From assembly GCA_964499695.1 (NCBI GenBank), contig CAZCMD010000002.1, positions 5,423 to 69,422 on the forward strand: a DNA stretch of 64,000 bases. The letters are read 5' to 3'. Shown here one piece after another: positions 48,017 through 56,791 of this stretch (position 1 is the first letter of the stretch; the number at the start of each line of letters is the position of its first letter). The translations under genes were made by a program, and so were the position numbers. The notes under the pieces were generated by a model. That model saw only the letters and a program-made list of their open reading frames with translations, did no database searches and was not told where the DNA came from. The DNA comes from an uncultured Desulfatiglans sp. Its GTDB lineage: Bacteria; Desulfobacterota; DSM-4660; Desulfatiglandales; HGW-15.

Positions 48017-48628
48017 TTAATTCTTATCTTCATAGCCGGAGCAGGGAATACATACCGGATTGCCTTCCGCTGTTTCCCTGATCTTGTTCACGAAGGTCAG
48101 CTCACCGCACTTTGAGCACCGCTTTGTTGTGAACACACCCTTGCCCTTTTTGATCTCCACCGTGTGAACCGGCCCCACCTGCAGAAAATCTTCTTCCTTG
48201 AGACCAAGAATGCGATTTACAAGCGGGTCAGTGATCTGTTGTTCAATGTCCTGAGGAGGAACCCCGGCCTTGCGCTTTTGAACAAACGGTGAGTTCAACG
48301 CCTTTTCAAAGAAGTCCGGCTTGAGTGACACACGCACCGCCCTGCCGGTTTTCTGGTCGATAAGGGTAAAGGCCATTTTATTATAATAACGTTTCTGGAT
48401 ATTGGACTTTCCATAGGTGCATCCTGTGGCGGTCATGATACCGTCCAGAAAGCAGCCGGCAGCATGGTCTTTGCCGGTTTCCGCATCAACGAAAAGCTCC
48501 TTGTCCTTTGACCTCTCCACACCGAGCGCTTTCATGGCTGCAAGCCCAGCCTTGAGCCCCATGGGCATGGCGGGGCATTTGTGGCCGTGAAACGCTAATC
48601 CAATCTCAAAAAGTTTTTCAAATTCCAT
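48017..48628 (-). CDS. FmdE-family protein with a C-terminal zinc ribbon
   Basis: …[12 protein letters not shown]… and a C-terminal CSKCGE…CIPC. Confidence 0.75.
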   Translation of the reverse strand: MEFEKLFEIGLAFHGHKCPAMPMGLKAGLAAMKALGVERSKDKELFVDAETGKDHAAGCFLDGIMTATGCTYGKSNIQKRYYNKMAFTLIDQKTGRAVRVSLKPDFFEKALNSPFVQKRKAGVPPQDIEQQITDPLVNRILGLKEEDFLQVGPVHTVEIKKGKGVFTTKRCSKCGELTFVNKIRETAEGNPVCIPCSGYEDKN

Positions 48629-48651
48629 AGGTGTTCTCCTCTAAATAGTTA

Positions 48652-49917
48652 TTAATTTCCTGGTAATAGATCCGAAATACTTCCACCCATCAGGTAGAAA
48701 TAGGTGACAATCCAGTTGCAGAGTATTGTAACAATACCAAACAAAATATTTCCCACACTCATAAGCGCCCATCCTGAGAGGATATTACCTATGACACATC
48801 CACCTGCAAACGCAGCGCCTGCACCCAATAATATACCCCCTATAAATGCAACCAGTGTCTGAGATGGCGGCCTTGGTGTAAAGGTCAGAGTGCCTGAGAG
48901 TCTGCCTGAAACCCATGCGCCTATCATAAGACTTACAACAAGAAACAGCAACCAAAGGTTGATCTTTTTTGGCGCCGGGGTAGAAGGTGTAATTGGTTTT
49001 TCAGCAGCTGAGACCTGCCCGGTGGCTGTTGTTTGAGTTATAGCAGCAGGGTTTGTTTCAGACTTTTTGTAGACATATGTCGGGTTATTTTCAGTAAAGA
49101 TCTGCTGCATATGAAGAACACCGTGGGTCACACCCAGGGGATAATTTCTTCCTGTAGGGGCTGATGAGAGATAGGCAAACAATGCAAGGATGCCAATAGC
49201 AATACCGGCCTTCCAGGGTTTCCATGGGTGCGTGATCGTCCTTGATATTGCTCCTGTATCATCCTGTTTTAGTTTGCTCTGTTTTTTATTCTTTTTGTTG
49301 CTAATAATAATGCCAATTATCGTCAATACAGCAAAGATAGCTGCCAGCATCCAGTAGGGCATACCTGTAATGGATGATAAAGTAACAGGCCCGCCATCCT
49401 GTGTTTTAAGCACAAACCCGTTCATATATTTTTGTAAGCCATTAAGATAACCGAACTCCACAATGGATATCCCGAGTGGAATACCAATAAGACCGGCCAT
49501 TGAATTGATGTTACCGGCAGCAGATTTGAACAGGCACCCGCTTATACAGCCTCCGGCAAGCACTATGCCTGTACCAAAGAGCACCCCGCCAACAATATAG
49601 TTAAGATAGATAAAGGGTTTTGGTGACAATTTTATAATCCCCATAAGGTCAAATATGGCAAAAAGCGCCATGCTCACAACTATCGCTATCCAGAGACCAA
49701 GGGCCTTTGAGCGGTCTCGCATGAGAATAACTTCACTAATGGCGCTTGCACCGCACAACTCTCCTTTTTTCAGGAAAAACCCGAATAGAAAACCGACAGG
49801 GATAGCGGTTATTACCCATAGACGTGTATATATGGCAATCATGATAATAGCTGCCATTATTACAATACTTGCAATCGAATAACCTTTCCAGTTGATATCT
49901 CTTACTGCTGCTGACAT
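48652..49917 (-). CDS. YeeE/YedE-family sulfur(selenium)-compound transporter-like membrane protein
   Basis: Duplicated halves carrying conserved Cys motifs (…KKGELCGASAISE…, …AGGCISGCLFK…, …AGGCVIGNILSG…). Confidence 0.7.
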   Translation of the reverse strand: MSAAVRDINWKGYSIASIVIMAAIIMIAIYTRLWVITAIPVGFLFGFFLKKGELCGASAISEVILMRDRSKALGLWIAIVVSMALFAIFDLMGIIKLSPKPFIYLNYIVGGVLFGTGIVLAGGCISGCLFKSAAGNINSMAGLIGIPLGISIVEFGYLNGLQKYMNGFVLKTQDGGPVTLSSITGMPYWMLAAIFAVLTIIGIIISNKKNKKQSKLKQDDTGAISRTITHPWKPWKAGIAIGILALFAYLSSAPTGRNYPLGVTHGVLHMQQIFTENNPTYVYKKSETNPAAITQTTATGQVSAAEKPITPSTPAPKKINLWLLFLVVSLMIGAWVSGRLSGTLTFTPRPPSQTLVAFIGGILLGAGAAFAGGCVIGNILSGWALMSVGNILFGIVTILCNWIVTYFYLMGGSISDLLPGN

Positions 49918-49994
49918 TTGATCTCCTCCTTGTTAATATCGATTTTCATTCTGTCTACAGCCTATAGCCTAAAAAGCTACAGCCTCTTTCTCCA

Positions 49995-51272
49995 TCACGG
50001 ACATCTTATTATACCCTGCGCCCAGAGACATGCTCCGCAGGTGGGGTGTTTGTTACCGATGCAATCCTCCTCATTCTTTTCTGAAAGATCACAGCCCCCG
50101 CAGGTGATGCATGGTGAAAAATCAAAATCCATTACACGCTCTCTGAATGCCTTGTGTTCAGGGGTGTTCCACAGGTCATAGAGTTTTTTATCAACCACAT
50201 TGCCTATTGCCCATTTTTGAGAATGACGACTTCCATAATTAAGAAAGCCAAGGTACCCTTCATGGTTGTGCAGCAGGGGAAGACATGGGCTCAAGTCACC
50301 GTTCCAGGCAATTGCCCCGGCACTATCCTCGATAAAAGGGCAACGGTTTCGTAATTTCTCAGCAGATATGAATGGTATTGTCATGTGGATACTCTCTGCT
50401 GCCTTGCGTATTGCAGAAAGAGTGGCATCGTCCATATCCATTAGAGGCAGATCCAGGTCGAAACTATTCCTGTTTATTGACCTGTAATACATGGCCCCCT
50501 GAGTCATGCCTTCTGTATAAGGAAGCAGGTTCGTAACAAGCACACTGCTTGCCCCGATATTTTTACCGATATCTATTACAGCCGGTAATTCAGCTATGTT
50601 CCGTTTCATAGCAACAAAAGCAATACCTATTTTCATATGCTTTAAAAAGCCAAACCTGCCCCCCTTTTCGTTATTCATCCTGTTTAACATACTCAGGTTT
50701 TCAAGTATATTTGGCAGCTGGGCTCCCATTCGTATATCTGAAAAACTTTCTGGTGTTGCGCCGTCAAGAGATATCCACAGGGTATCAAGGCCCGATTCTA
50801 TCAGGGATTTTATCATCTCCTTTTTAAGAAGGGTCCCGTTTGTGATCAGCTCTGCTTTCATATTCATTGACTTGACGCGTGAAATCATGTCAATGATCCA
50901 CGGATGGGATAAAGGCTCACCGAAACCGCCAAAGAATATCTTTTCCGGTAATGCTGAAAATTCCATCAGCCCATCAAGTATAGCCTTAAAAACCCCTTCA
51001 GACATCATGCCCGGGGTTTCATCCCAGACATTCCTTATACAGGTGCGGCAATTGAGGTTACACTGATTTGTAACCTCAATGTAAAGTTTTGTGAGTCGCA
51101 TTGGAAGGCTCAAGGTTAAAGAGCTTCCCCTTTCTGAATATTTTACATGATCGCCAGGTTTTATTCCCAATCCAGCGGCAATTTTTGCAGGAATGATGAG
51201 GTTGCCTGATGAATCTGATTTTAAAAACTGATTTTGATCTTCTATTGTATTAAGTTTAGTACTGCTTTGCAT
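49995..51272 (-). CDS. Radical SAM / SPASM-domain protein with an N-terminal SpoVT/AbrB-like swapped-hairpin segment
   Basis: CNLNCRTC (CxxxCxxC). C-terminal Cys clusters (…NRCPFIEDSAGAIAWNGDLSPC…, …CITCGGCDLSEKNEEDCIGNKHPTCGACLWAQGIIRCP). The N-terminus …GNLIIPAKIAAGLGIKPGDHVKY… is AbrB-like. Confidence 0.8.
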   Translation of the reverse strand: MQSSTKLNTIEDQNQFLKSDSSGNLIIPAKIAAGLGIKPGDHVKYSERGSSLTLSLPMRLTKLYIEVTNQCNLNCRTCIRNVWDETPGMMSEGVFKAILDGLMEFSALPEKIFFGGFGEPLSHPWIIDMISRVKSMNMKAELITNGTLLKKEMIKSLIESGLDTLWISLDGATPESFSDIRMGAQLPNILENLSMLNRMNNEKGGRFGFLKHMKIGIAFVAMKRNIAELPAVIDIGKNIGASSVLVTNLLPYTEGMTQGAMYYRSINRNSFDLDLPLMDMDDATLSAIRKAAESIHMTIPFISAEKLRNRCPFIEDSAGAIAWNGDLSPCLPLLHNHEGYLGFLNYGSRHSQKWAIGNVVDKKLYDLWNTPEHKAFRERVMDFDFSPCITCGGCDLSEKNEEDCIGNKHPTCGACLWAQGIIRCP

Positions 51273-51437
51273 TTTAAAACACTTATATTATTTTTTATTG
51301 AACCCTGTATCCATATCTTAACAAATGACTTTATCTAGTAGTATACCAATCTTAAAGGTTCAATGCCTCTATCATCTGCCCGCGGCATAATTGCCCGGTT
51401 TATTAAAACAGATTATTTTTTATCATGATACTCATAA

Positions 51438-54086
51438 TCATTCGTTACTTTCAACCTCAGGATGATTTTCCTTTAACCATTTTCGGCTTACCTTTCCTCC
51501 AAATATACTGCGCATCGACTGAGGATTAACTATAGTGCTTAGATAAAGATGCGCTACAATCAGAATTAGGATTAACAATGCTGCCAGATCGTGAAGTGTA
51601 TAAAGCATAGCAAGATTGGTATTTATGTTATCCTTAAGTATAGCCAAAGAGACACCTGTGATGACCAGGAAAAAACCGCATGCGGCTATCATCCAGAATA
51701 ATATCTTCTGGCCTGCATTGAACTTGCCTGCAGGTTGTTCTCCGCGATAACCAAAATATCCACCCAGCGCCTTAAGCCACTTTTTGTCACTCTTGTTGAA
51801 AAGCATATCCCTGAACCAGATAAGCATCATCGCTATCCATGCTACACCAAATACAATGCCTATCCACATATGGAGGTTACGTGTCGGCATGCCATTTAGC
51901 CCCCGATTATTCTGTAAAAACAGTATGCCGGTTATTGCAAGGACAAGAAAAGCGGCGAGAGAAACATAATGTGCCAACCTTTCGGAGAGTGTGAATCGCA
52001 TAGTGAGGTCAGTCTCTTCGAGCGATGATCTAATGCTCCTCTGTCCATAGATCACAAAATGGAGCAACAAAACAAGTATCTCTATAAAAATTATCCAGAG
52101 ATTAGCGGGTTTTAAAATGGCCTCCCTGAACGAGCCAAGCCAGGCCTCAAGTGAAGTGATGCCCAGAATCGCATAGTTGGGTATCCATTCAGGTTGAGCA
52201 TCAGTACCAGTGAACAGTGCATCAAGAATAGCCCCATTAAAAAAGGCAGAGTCTCTGCTATGGCAATCAATACAGCCCCCTGACCCCAAAGCTGCCTTTG
52301 AGGGTGCAATATCATGAGAAAACTTATAAACCGATGCATATGCAGTAGCCTCATACTCCTCACGGTGAAGCTCTCTGACCTCTGTTGATGAAAAATATGC
52401 CTTGCTATCTGATACCCATACCAGCCGACGATTCTCAAGAGGAAAAGATGTTGCTGTAAGATAATCCTTTGTCGCTGTAAGTAGAGCCTCTATTTCCTCA
52501 TCACGATTAACCTCAATAATACCGTCCTTATTGTCGTCTGTTATCTTTGAAAGTTCAGGATATTTTTTTCCCGGATCTGCCTGATGTTGCGCCCACATCT
52601 GGTAAAAGTCCTTCATAAAAAGCTGGTTCAGCCCGGTCTTGCCTTGTTCTTCAAATCCAACCCATGAGCTGTGGACACGGTTAGCAGGGAAAATTTTACC
52701 CTTGTATCTTATAAGAGTGGGCCGGGTTATGTCAGTCGGCTGATCTTTGTTAGTAAATAGTTCCAGTTCCCCATAGTGGTTCCAAAAGTTCATCTCCTGG
52801 TCATAAAATGTCCATATGTGTTTCCCGGCAGGGTTAATCCTTGGCGCTGGGTTATAAACATCACTGGCCTGAACTAATGCGCTTTTTACTGAACGTGCCG
52901 GTATATGGCATGCCTGGCATGATATTTTATCTAGGTGCAGATCAGGAAGCCAGTCATGCCTTGCACGCGGGGCATTACCCCATCCTTCTATATGACATCT
53001 CTCACATGATCGAACCGTATTATCAAGGTCATTGCGGACAGAACCGGACGGGTCATCACCCTTCCCTATCTGGTGCACCTCTTTACCTCGGATTATCGGG
53101 TCAGCAGCATCGCTGCCAGCCGTATGGCAATCCACACAACGAAGTCCGGCAGCCATGTGGATATCCGTGCGGGTAGAGAATGAAGCCCCTCGCTTTTTCC
53201 AGCCAGGTTTGGCATGACATTTAAGACAGGTCTCATTTCGCGGTTCAGGAGTCATATGCAGCATGACATTGCCTTCGGCATCAAACCTGCTTTTATCATA
53301 GGAAATGGTTGGTTTTTCACCTGTGTTTACTTTTCCAATTATCTCCCCTAAACCTGCCCCTGCCGTCGCGGCCCAGCGAAAGTTCAGGTTGGCAAGCTCT
53401 TTGTTTCGTTTTGTATAGTCATACTCAGGCATATGACATAGAAGACAATCTGCCTCGATCACGCCAGTCTCTGCCCAACGCGCCTTGAAATAATCGCCAT
53501 CAAAATTATTCTCTCCGCCAGAGACCAGGCCTGATGCGGGATCTTGCATATTTATGTCATAGCGTTTGCCGTCACGGTCATACTCAAGAGGCCCTCCTCC
53601 TGGATGGCAATTACCACAGGAGGCGGTCACAAATTCAAAGGAGGTCATATCAATTATGCGTGCGTTTGTGTTATTTTTAGAGGCAAGCTGCCGATAAAGG
53701 GGAGCAGGTGAGCACCAGTTTCCGCCATAATTTCCGGGCGAACTTACCCAGTTGTAGCGTTTGGCCATGGCATCAGGGACTTTCTCCCCCTTACCCTGAG
53801 TAAAGTGAAAACCCTCGGTGATTTTTTCATAGTTGTGACATCCGCTAACACCGCAGGTCTGCTTGGGGGAATATGGTACAGTATCGTTTATACCTTTAAC
53901 AGGGTCAATTATATTTCCAGCCTCATCGCGTAGTTGAAAAGGTGGGCAGACATCAATGGCCTGGGGCACATCTTCATCATTAGAGGAATGATTACGAGTT
54001 TCTCCTATAGTCACATCAGGACTTACTCCCGCAAATAACATTATCATAAGGCCAATGCTTATAAAAGAAGTATAAATATATTTCAT
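51438..54086 (-). CDS. Fusion cytochrome: periplasmic octahaem c-type domain plus C-terminal FdnI/HydC-like b-type membrane domain (CbcL-like)
   Basis: Seven CxxCH motifs (SCGNCH, DCLLCH, TCLKCH, RCVDCH, SCERCH, SCQACH, GCIDCH) plus one CX4CH (CGVSGCH). The last 250 aa or so carry 4-5 TM helices with conserved His residues. I preferred the ATG at 54086 (GAGGGGG upstream). Confidence 0.8.
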   Translation of the reverse strand: MKYIYTSFISIGLMIMLFAGVSPDVTIGETRNHSSNDEDVPQAIDVCPPFQLRDEAGNIIDPVKGINDTVPYSPKQTCGVSGCHNYEKITEGFHFTQGKGEKVPDAMAKRYNWVSSPGNYGGNWCSPAPLYRQLASKNNTNARIIDMTSFEFVTASCGNCHPGGGPLEYDRDGKRYDINMQDPASGLVSGGENNFDGDYFKARWAETGVIEADCLLCHMPEYDYTKRNKELANLNFRWAATAGAGLGEIIGKVNTGEKPTISYDKSRFDAEGNVMLHMTPEPRNETCLKCHAKPGWKKRGASFSTRTDIHMAAGLRCVDCHTAGSDAADPIIRGKEVHQIGKGDDPSGSVRNDLDNTVRSCERCHIEGWGNAPRARHDWLPDLHLDKISCQACHIPARSVKSALVQASDVYNPAPRINPAGKHIWTFYDQEMNFWNHYGELELFTNKDQPTDITRPTLIRYKGKIFPANRVHSSWVGFEEQGKTGLNQLFMKDFYQMWAQHQADPGKKYPELSKITDDNKDGIIEVNRDEEIEALLTATKDYLTATSFPLENRRLVWVSDSKAYFSSTEVRELHREEYEATAYASVYKFSHDIAPSKAALGSGGCIDCHSRDSAFFNGAILDALFTGTDAQPEWIPNYAILGITSLEAWLGSFREAILKPANLWIIFIEILVLLLHFVIYGQRSIRSSLEETDLTMRFTLSERLAHYVSLAAFLVLAITGILFLQNNRGLNGMPTRNLHMWIGIVFGVAWIAMMLIWFRDMLFNKSDKKWLKALGGYFGYRGEQPAGKFNAGQKILFWMIAACGFFLVITGVSLAILKDNINTNLAMLYTLHDLAALLILILIVAHLYLSTIVNPQSMRSIFGGKVSRKWLKENHPEVESNE

Positions 54087-54128
54087 TTTACCCCCTCTTT
54101 TAAAAACCATTTTCTGAAACACAGTATC

Positions 54129-54557
54129 CTACCTGCCAAGCTCTTCCTCTAGATTTTCCACAAATGCCTTTATCTCATTCCTTACCCTTCTGTAATTGTT
54201 CAATGCCTTCTCCTCATCCTTTTCACCTTCAGAAAGCCTTGGCGGATCATCAAAACCCCGGTGCATCAATTTTGTCTTTGCAGGGAAATAGGGACATGCC
54301 TCATGGGCATTGTCACAAAGGGTTACCACATAATCAAATTGCATATCTCCGAGTGAATCTATATCTTTTGATTTCTGACCTGATATATCTACCCCTGCTT
54401 CAGACATTACCTTCACAGCTCTGGGGTCAACCCCTTTTGGAGATATCCCGGCAGAGTATGCATTGAATTTAATCTTTTGCAGATAATTTGTCCACCCTTC
54501 TGCCATCTGGCTTCTGCATGAGTTCCCAGTACATAGGAAGAGTATCTTTTTAGGCAT
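54129..54557 (-). CDS. arsC: Arsenate reductase, LMW-PTP / thioredoxin-coupled type
   Basis: MPKKILFLCTGNSCRSQMAEGW… with downstream TLC…EACP cysteines. The ATG lies 1 nt after the acr3 stop. Confidence 0.9.
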   Translation of the reverse strand: MPKKILFLCTGNSCRSQMAEGWTNYLQKIKFNAYSAGISPKGVDPRAVKVMSEAGVDISGQKSKDIDSLGDMQFDYVVTLCDNAHEACPYFPAKTKLMHRGFDDPPRLSEGEKDEEKALNNYRRVRNEIKAFVENLEEELGR

Positions 54558-54558
54558 G

Positions 54559-55659
54559 TTAACCCTCACACCTCACATGACACACACCTGTCAGTGTTTT
54601 AACTTCATATGGGAAATATTTTCTTTTTAACCATAATGCCACATTAACCAGTGCAATCAGTACAGGTACTTCAACAAGCGGCCCAATGACAGCGGCAAAT
54701 GCCTGCCCTGAGTTAATACCGAATACTGCTACTGCAACGGCAATGGCCAGTTCAAAATTGTTGGATGCCGCAGTAAAGCTTAAGGTTGTTGACTGCTCGT
54801 ATGTGGCCCCCGCCTTCATGGAAAGGAAGAAAGAGGCAAAAAACATTATTACAAAATAGATACAGAGCGGAATAGCAACCCGAATCACATCCATTGGGAG
54901 CTGAACAATATATTCGCCTTTAAGGGAGAACATGACCAGTATGGTAAACAATAGTGCAATCAGTGTAATGGGGCTGATCTTTGGGATGAATTTTTTCTCA
55001 TACCATTCCTTTCCTTTTGTATTAAGACCTATAACACGTGTAATAATGCCCGCAATAAAGGGAATACCGAGGTAGATAAATACACTTTCGGCTATCTGAC
55101 CGATTGATATATTAACAACAATACCCTTTAATCCAATCCACTGTGGTACAACAGTTATAAAGATGTAGGCATACAATGAAAAGAAGAGCACCTGGAATAT
55201 TGAATTGAACGCAACAAGACCGGCACAGTATTCGGTATCGCCTGATGCGAGTTCATTCCAGACTATAACCATTGCTATACATCTTGCGAGGCCAATTAGT
55301 ATCAGCCCAACCATGTACTCATGGTGCCCTGATAAAAAGGCGATTGCCAGCAGAAACATCAGGATTGGCCCTATAACCCAGTTCTGCACGAGCGAAAGAA
55401 CAAGTACCCTGATATTTTTGAATACACTGCCAAGCTGTTCGTATTTGACCTTTGCGAGAGGCGGATACATCATCAATATAAGACCTATCGCTATTGGTAT
55501 ATTGGTTGTTCCAACCTGAAAGATATTAATGACATCTTTAATTTTCGGAAACAGATATCCTGAAAAAACCCCAATTATCATTGCTGCAAAAATCCACAGC
55601 GTAAGGAACCTGTCAAGAAAAGAGAGTCTTTTAGTAATTGATCCACTCATTTTATTCAC
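54559..55659 (-). CDS. acr3: Arsenite efflux permease, ACR3 family
   Basis: …[21 protein letters not shown]…[22 protein letters not shown]…. Confidence 0.9.
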   Translation of the reverse strand: MNKMSGSITKRLSFLDRFLTLWIFAAMIIGVFSGYLFPKIKDVINIFQVGTTNIPIAIGLILMMYPPLAKVKYEQLGSVFKNIRVLVLSLVQNWVIGPILMFLLAIAFLSGHHEYMVGLILIGLARCIAMVIVWNELASGDTEYCAGLVAFNSIFQVLFFSLYAYIFITVVPQWIGLKGIVVNISIGQIAESVFIYLGIPFIAGIITRVIGLNTKGKEWYEKKFIPKISPITLIALLFTILVMFSLKGEYIVQLPMDVIRVAIPLCIYFVIMFFASFFLSMKAGATYEQSTTLSFTAASNNFELAIAVAVAVFGINSGQAFAAVIGPLVEVPVLIALVNVALWLKRKYFPYEVKTLTGVCHVRCEG

Positions 55660-56359
55660 CTATAAATGGTTTAACAATAAAATAGAGACCCAACAGGATG
55701 ATAACTACACCTGCCCCCCTTCTAAACCATCTCCCGGTACCCTGCCACCTGCTGTTTTCCATTATACTTTTAACAAACCCGGTTGAGCTCCCTGCAATAA
55801 CAATGGGCAGACAATGGCCTATAGCAAAAAGGATTATGTAAATAATGCCAACAATGATCTTTTGCTGCACAGTAATAATGGCAAGCACAGGGGCAATAAA
55901 TCCAAAGGTGCAGGAGCCTGAAAGAATGCCATATGCAAGCCCTAAACCCAGTGCCCCAAGAAATCCCCTGAAGTTTAATTTATACAGCAGGCTGCCGGAT
56001 GCGGAGCATTTATCTACCCCGAGCATACCAAGTGCAATCCATATCAGAATAATTCCAATAATAACCTGCCAGTAATTACCTATATCTCCAAGCATCCTGC
56101 CAAGAAAGGCGCATATGATACCCACAAGAGCTATAGAGATAAAAAGTCCGGTGGAAAATAATAAAGAATATATGGCTGCCTTCCGGGGTGTTAAAAGGGT
56201 CTCCTGGCCCCCTACATATGCAACTATAAGAGGTATTGATGCCAGGTGACAGGGGCTGAACAGAACGCTTATCACACCCCACAGAAAACAACCCAGTGCC
56301 GCTATTGCAGGGCCTGCTGTTATCCATTCATTAACAGTAAGGAAAAAAGAATCAAACAT
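55652..56359 (-). CDS. ccdA: CcdA/DsbD-type transmembrane thiol-disulfide electron transporter
   Basis: …[16 protein letters not shown]… and …[13 protein letters not shown]… (two essential TM cysteines). Confidence 0.8.
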   Translation of the reverse strand: MFDSFFLTVNEWITAGPAIAALGCFLWGVISVLFSPCHLASIPLIVAYVGGQETLLTPRKAAIYSLLFSTGLFISIALVGIICAFLGRMLGDIGNYWQVIIGIILIWIALGMLGVDKCSASGSLLYKLNFRGFLGALGLGLAYGILSGSCTFGFIAPVLAIITVQQKIIVGIIYIILFAIGHCLPIVIAGSSTGFVKSIMENSRWQGTGRWFRRGAGVVIILLGLYFIVKPFIGE

Positions 56360-56382
56360 CAGATATTACTCCGAAACACCAA

Positions 56383-56775
56383 TTATTTTTCAACACCCAT
56401 TTTAGCAAGCTGGGCTACAATATCCTTTTCACTCATGAACCCGATGTGTCTGAAGACCTCTTCTCCACTTGGGTTAAAGAATACCTGGGTGGGAAGAGCC
56501 CTTAATTTGTATACATATTGCTGTTCAGGATCATCAAGGAGATTTATAAAAACAATGGCGGCCTTTCCCTCATAACTAGTTTTGAGTTTTTCCAGTATCG
56601 GAGACATCATTTTGCATTGAGTGCAGGTTTTTTTACCAAGTGCGACCATTGTCACCATACCCTTGACAGGAAGGTTTTTTAGGAATTCCTCATGCTCTTC
56701 AGCAGGCGTTTTACCTGATACAATTCCTGGCACAATAAGAATGGCTATAAGTATTGTAATTAATAAAGACTTCAT
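56383..56775 (-). CDS. Periplasmic thioredoxin-fold protein (TlpA/ResA-like, CxxC = CTQC)
   Basis: ATG at 56775 with GGAGG upstream. Signal peptide. …KKTCTQCKMMSPILEKL… It is a paralogue of the 40441-40935 product. Confidence 0.75.
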   Translation of the reverse strand: MKSLLITILIAILIVPGIVSGKTPAEEHEEFLKNLPVKGMVTMVALGKKTCTQCKMMSPILEKLKTSYEGKAAIVFINLLDDPEQQYVYKLRALPTQVFFNPSGEEVFRHIGFMSEKDIVAQLAKMGVEK

Positions 56776-56791
56776 TTTTATCCTCCACAAA

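Noticed and set aside
51370-51395. Hairpin ccgcggca-taat-tgcccgg after the cytochrome gene, considered as its terminator, and a GGCA…CCGC sigma-54-like match for the rSAM gene.
   Set aside because: The T-run lies on the wrong side for the minus strand and the -12 element lacks TTGC. An extended -10 (TGGTATACT at about 51336-51344, minus strand) is a more plausible but still unverified promoter for the rSAM gene.
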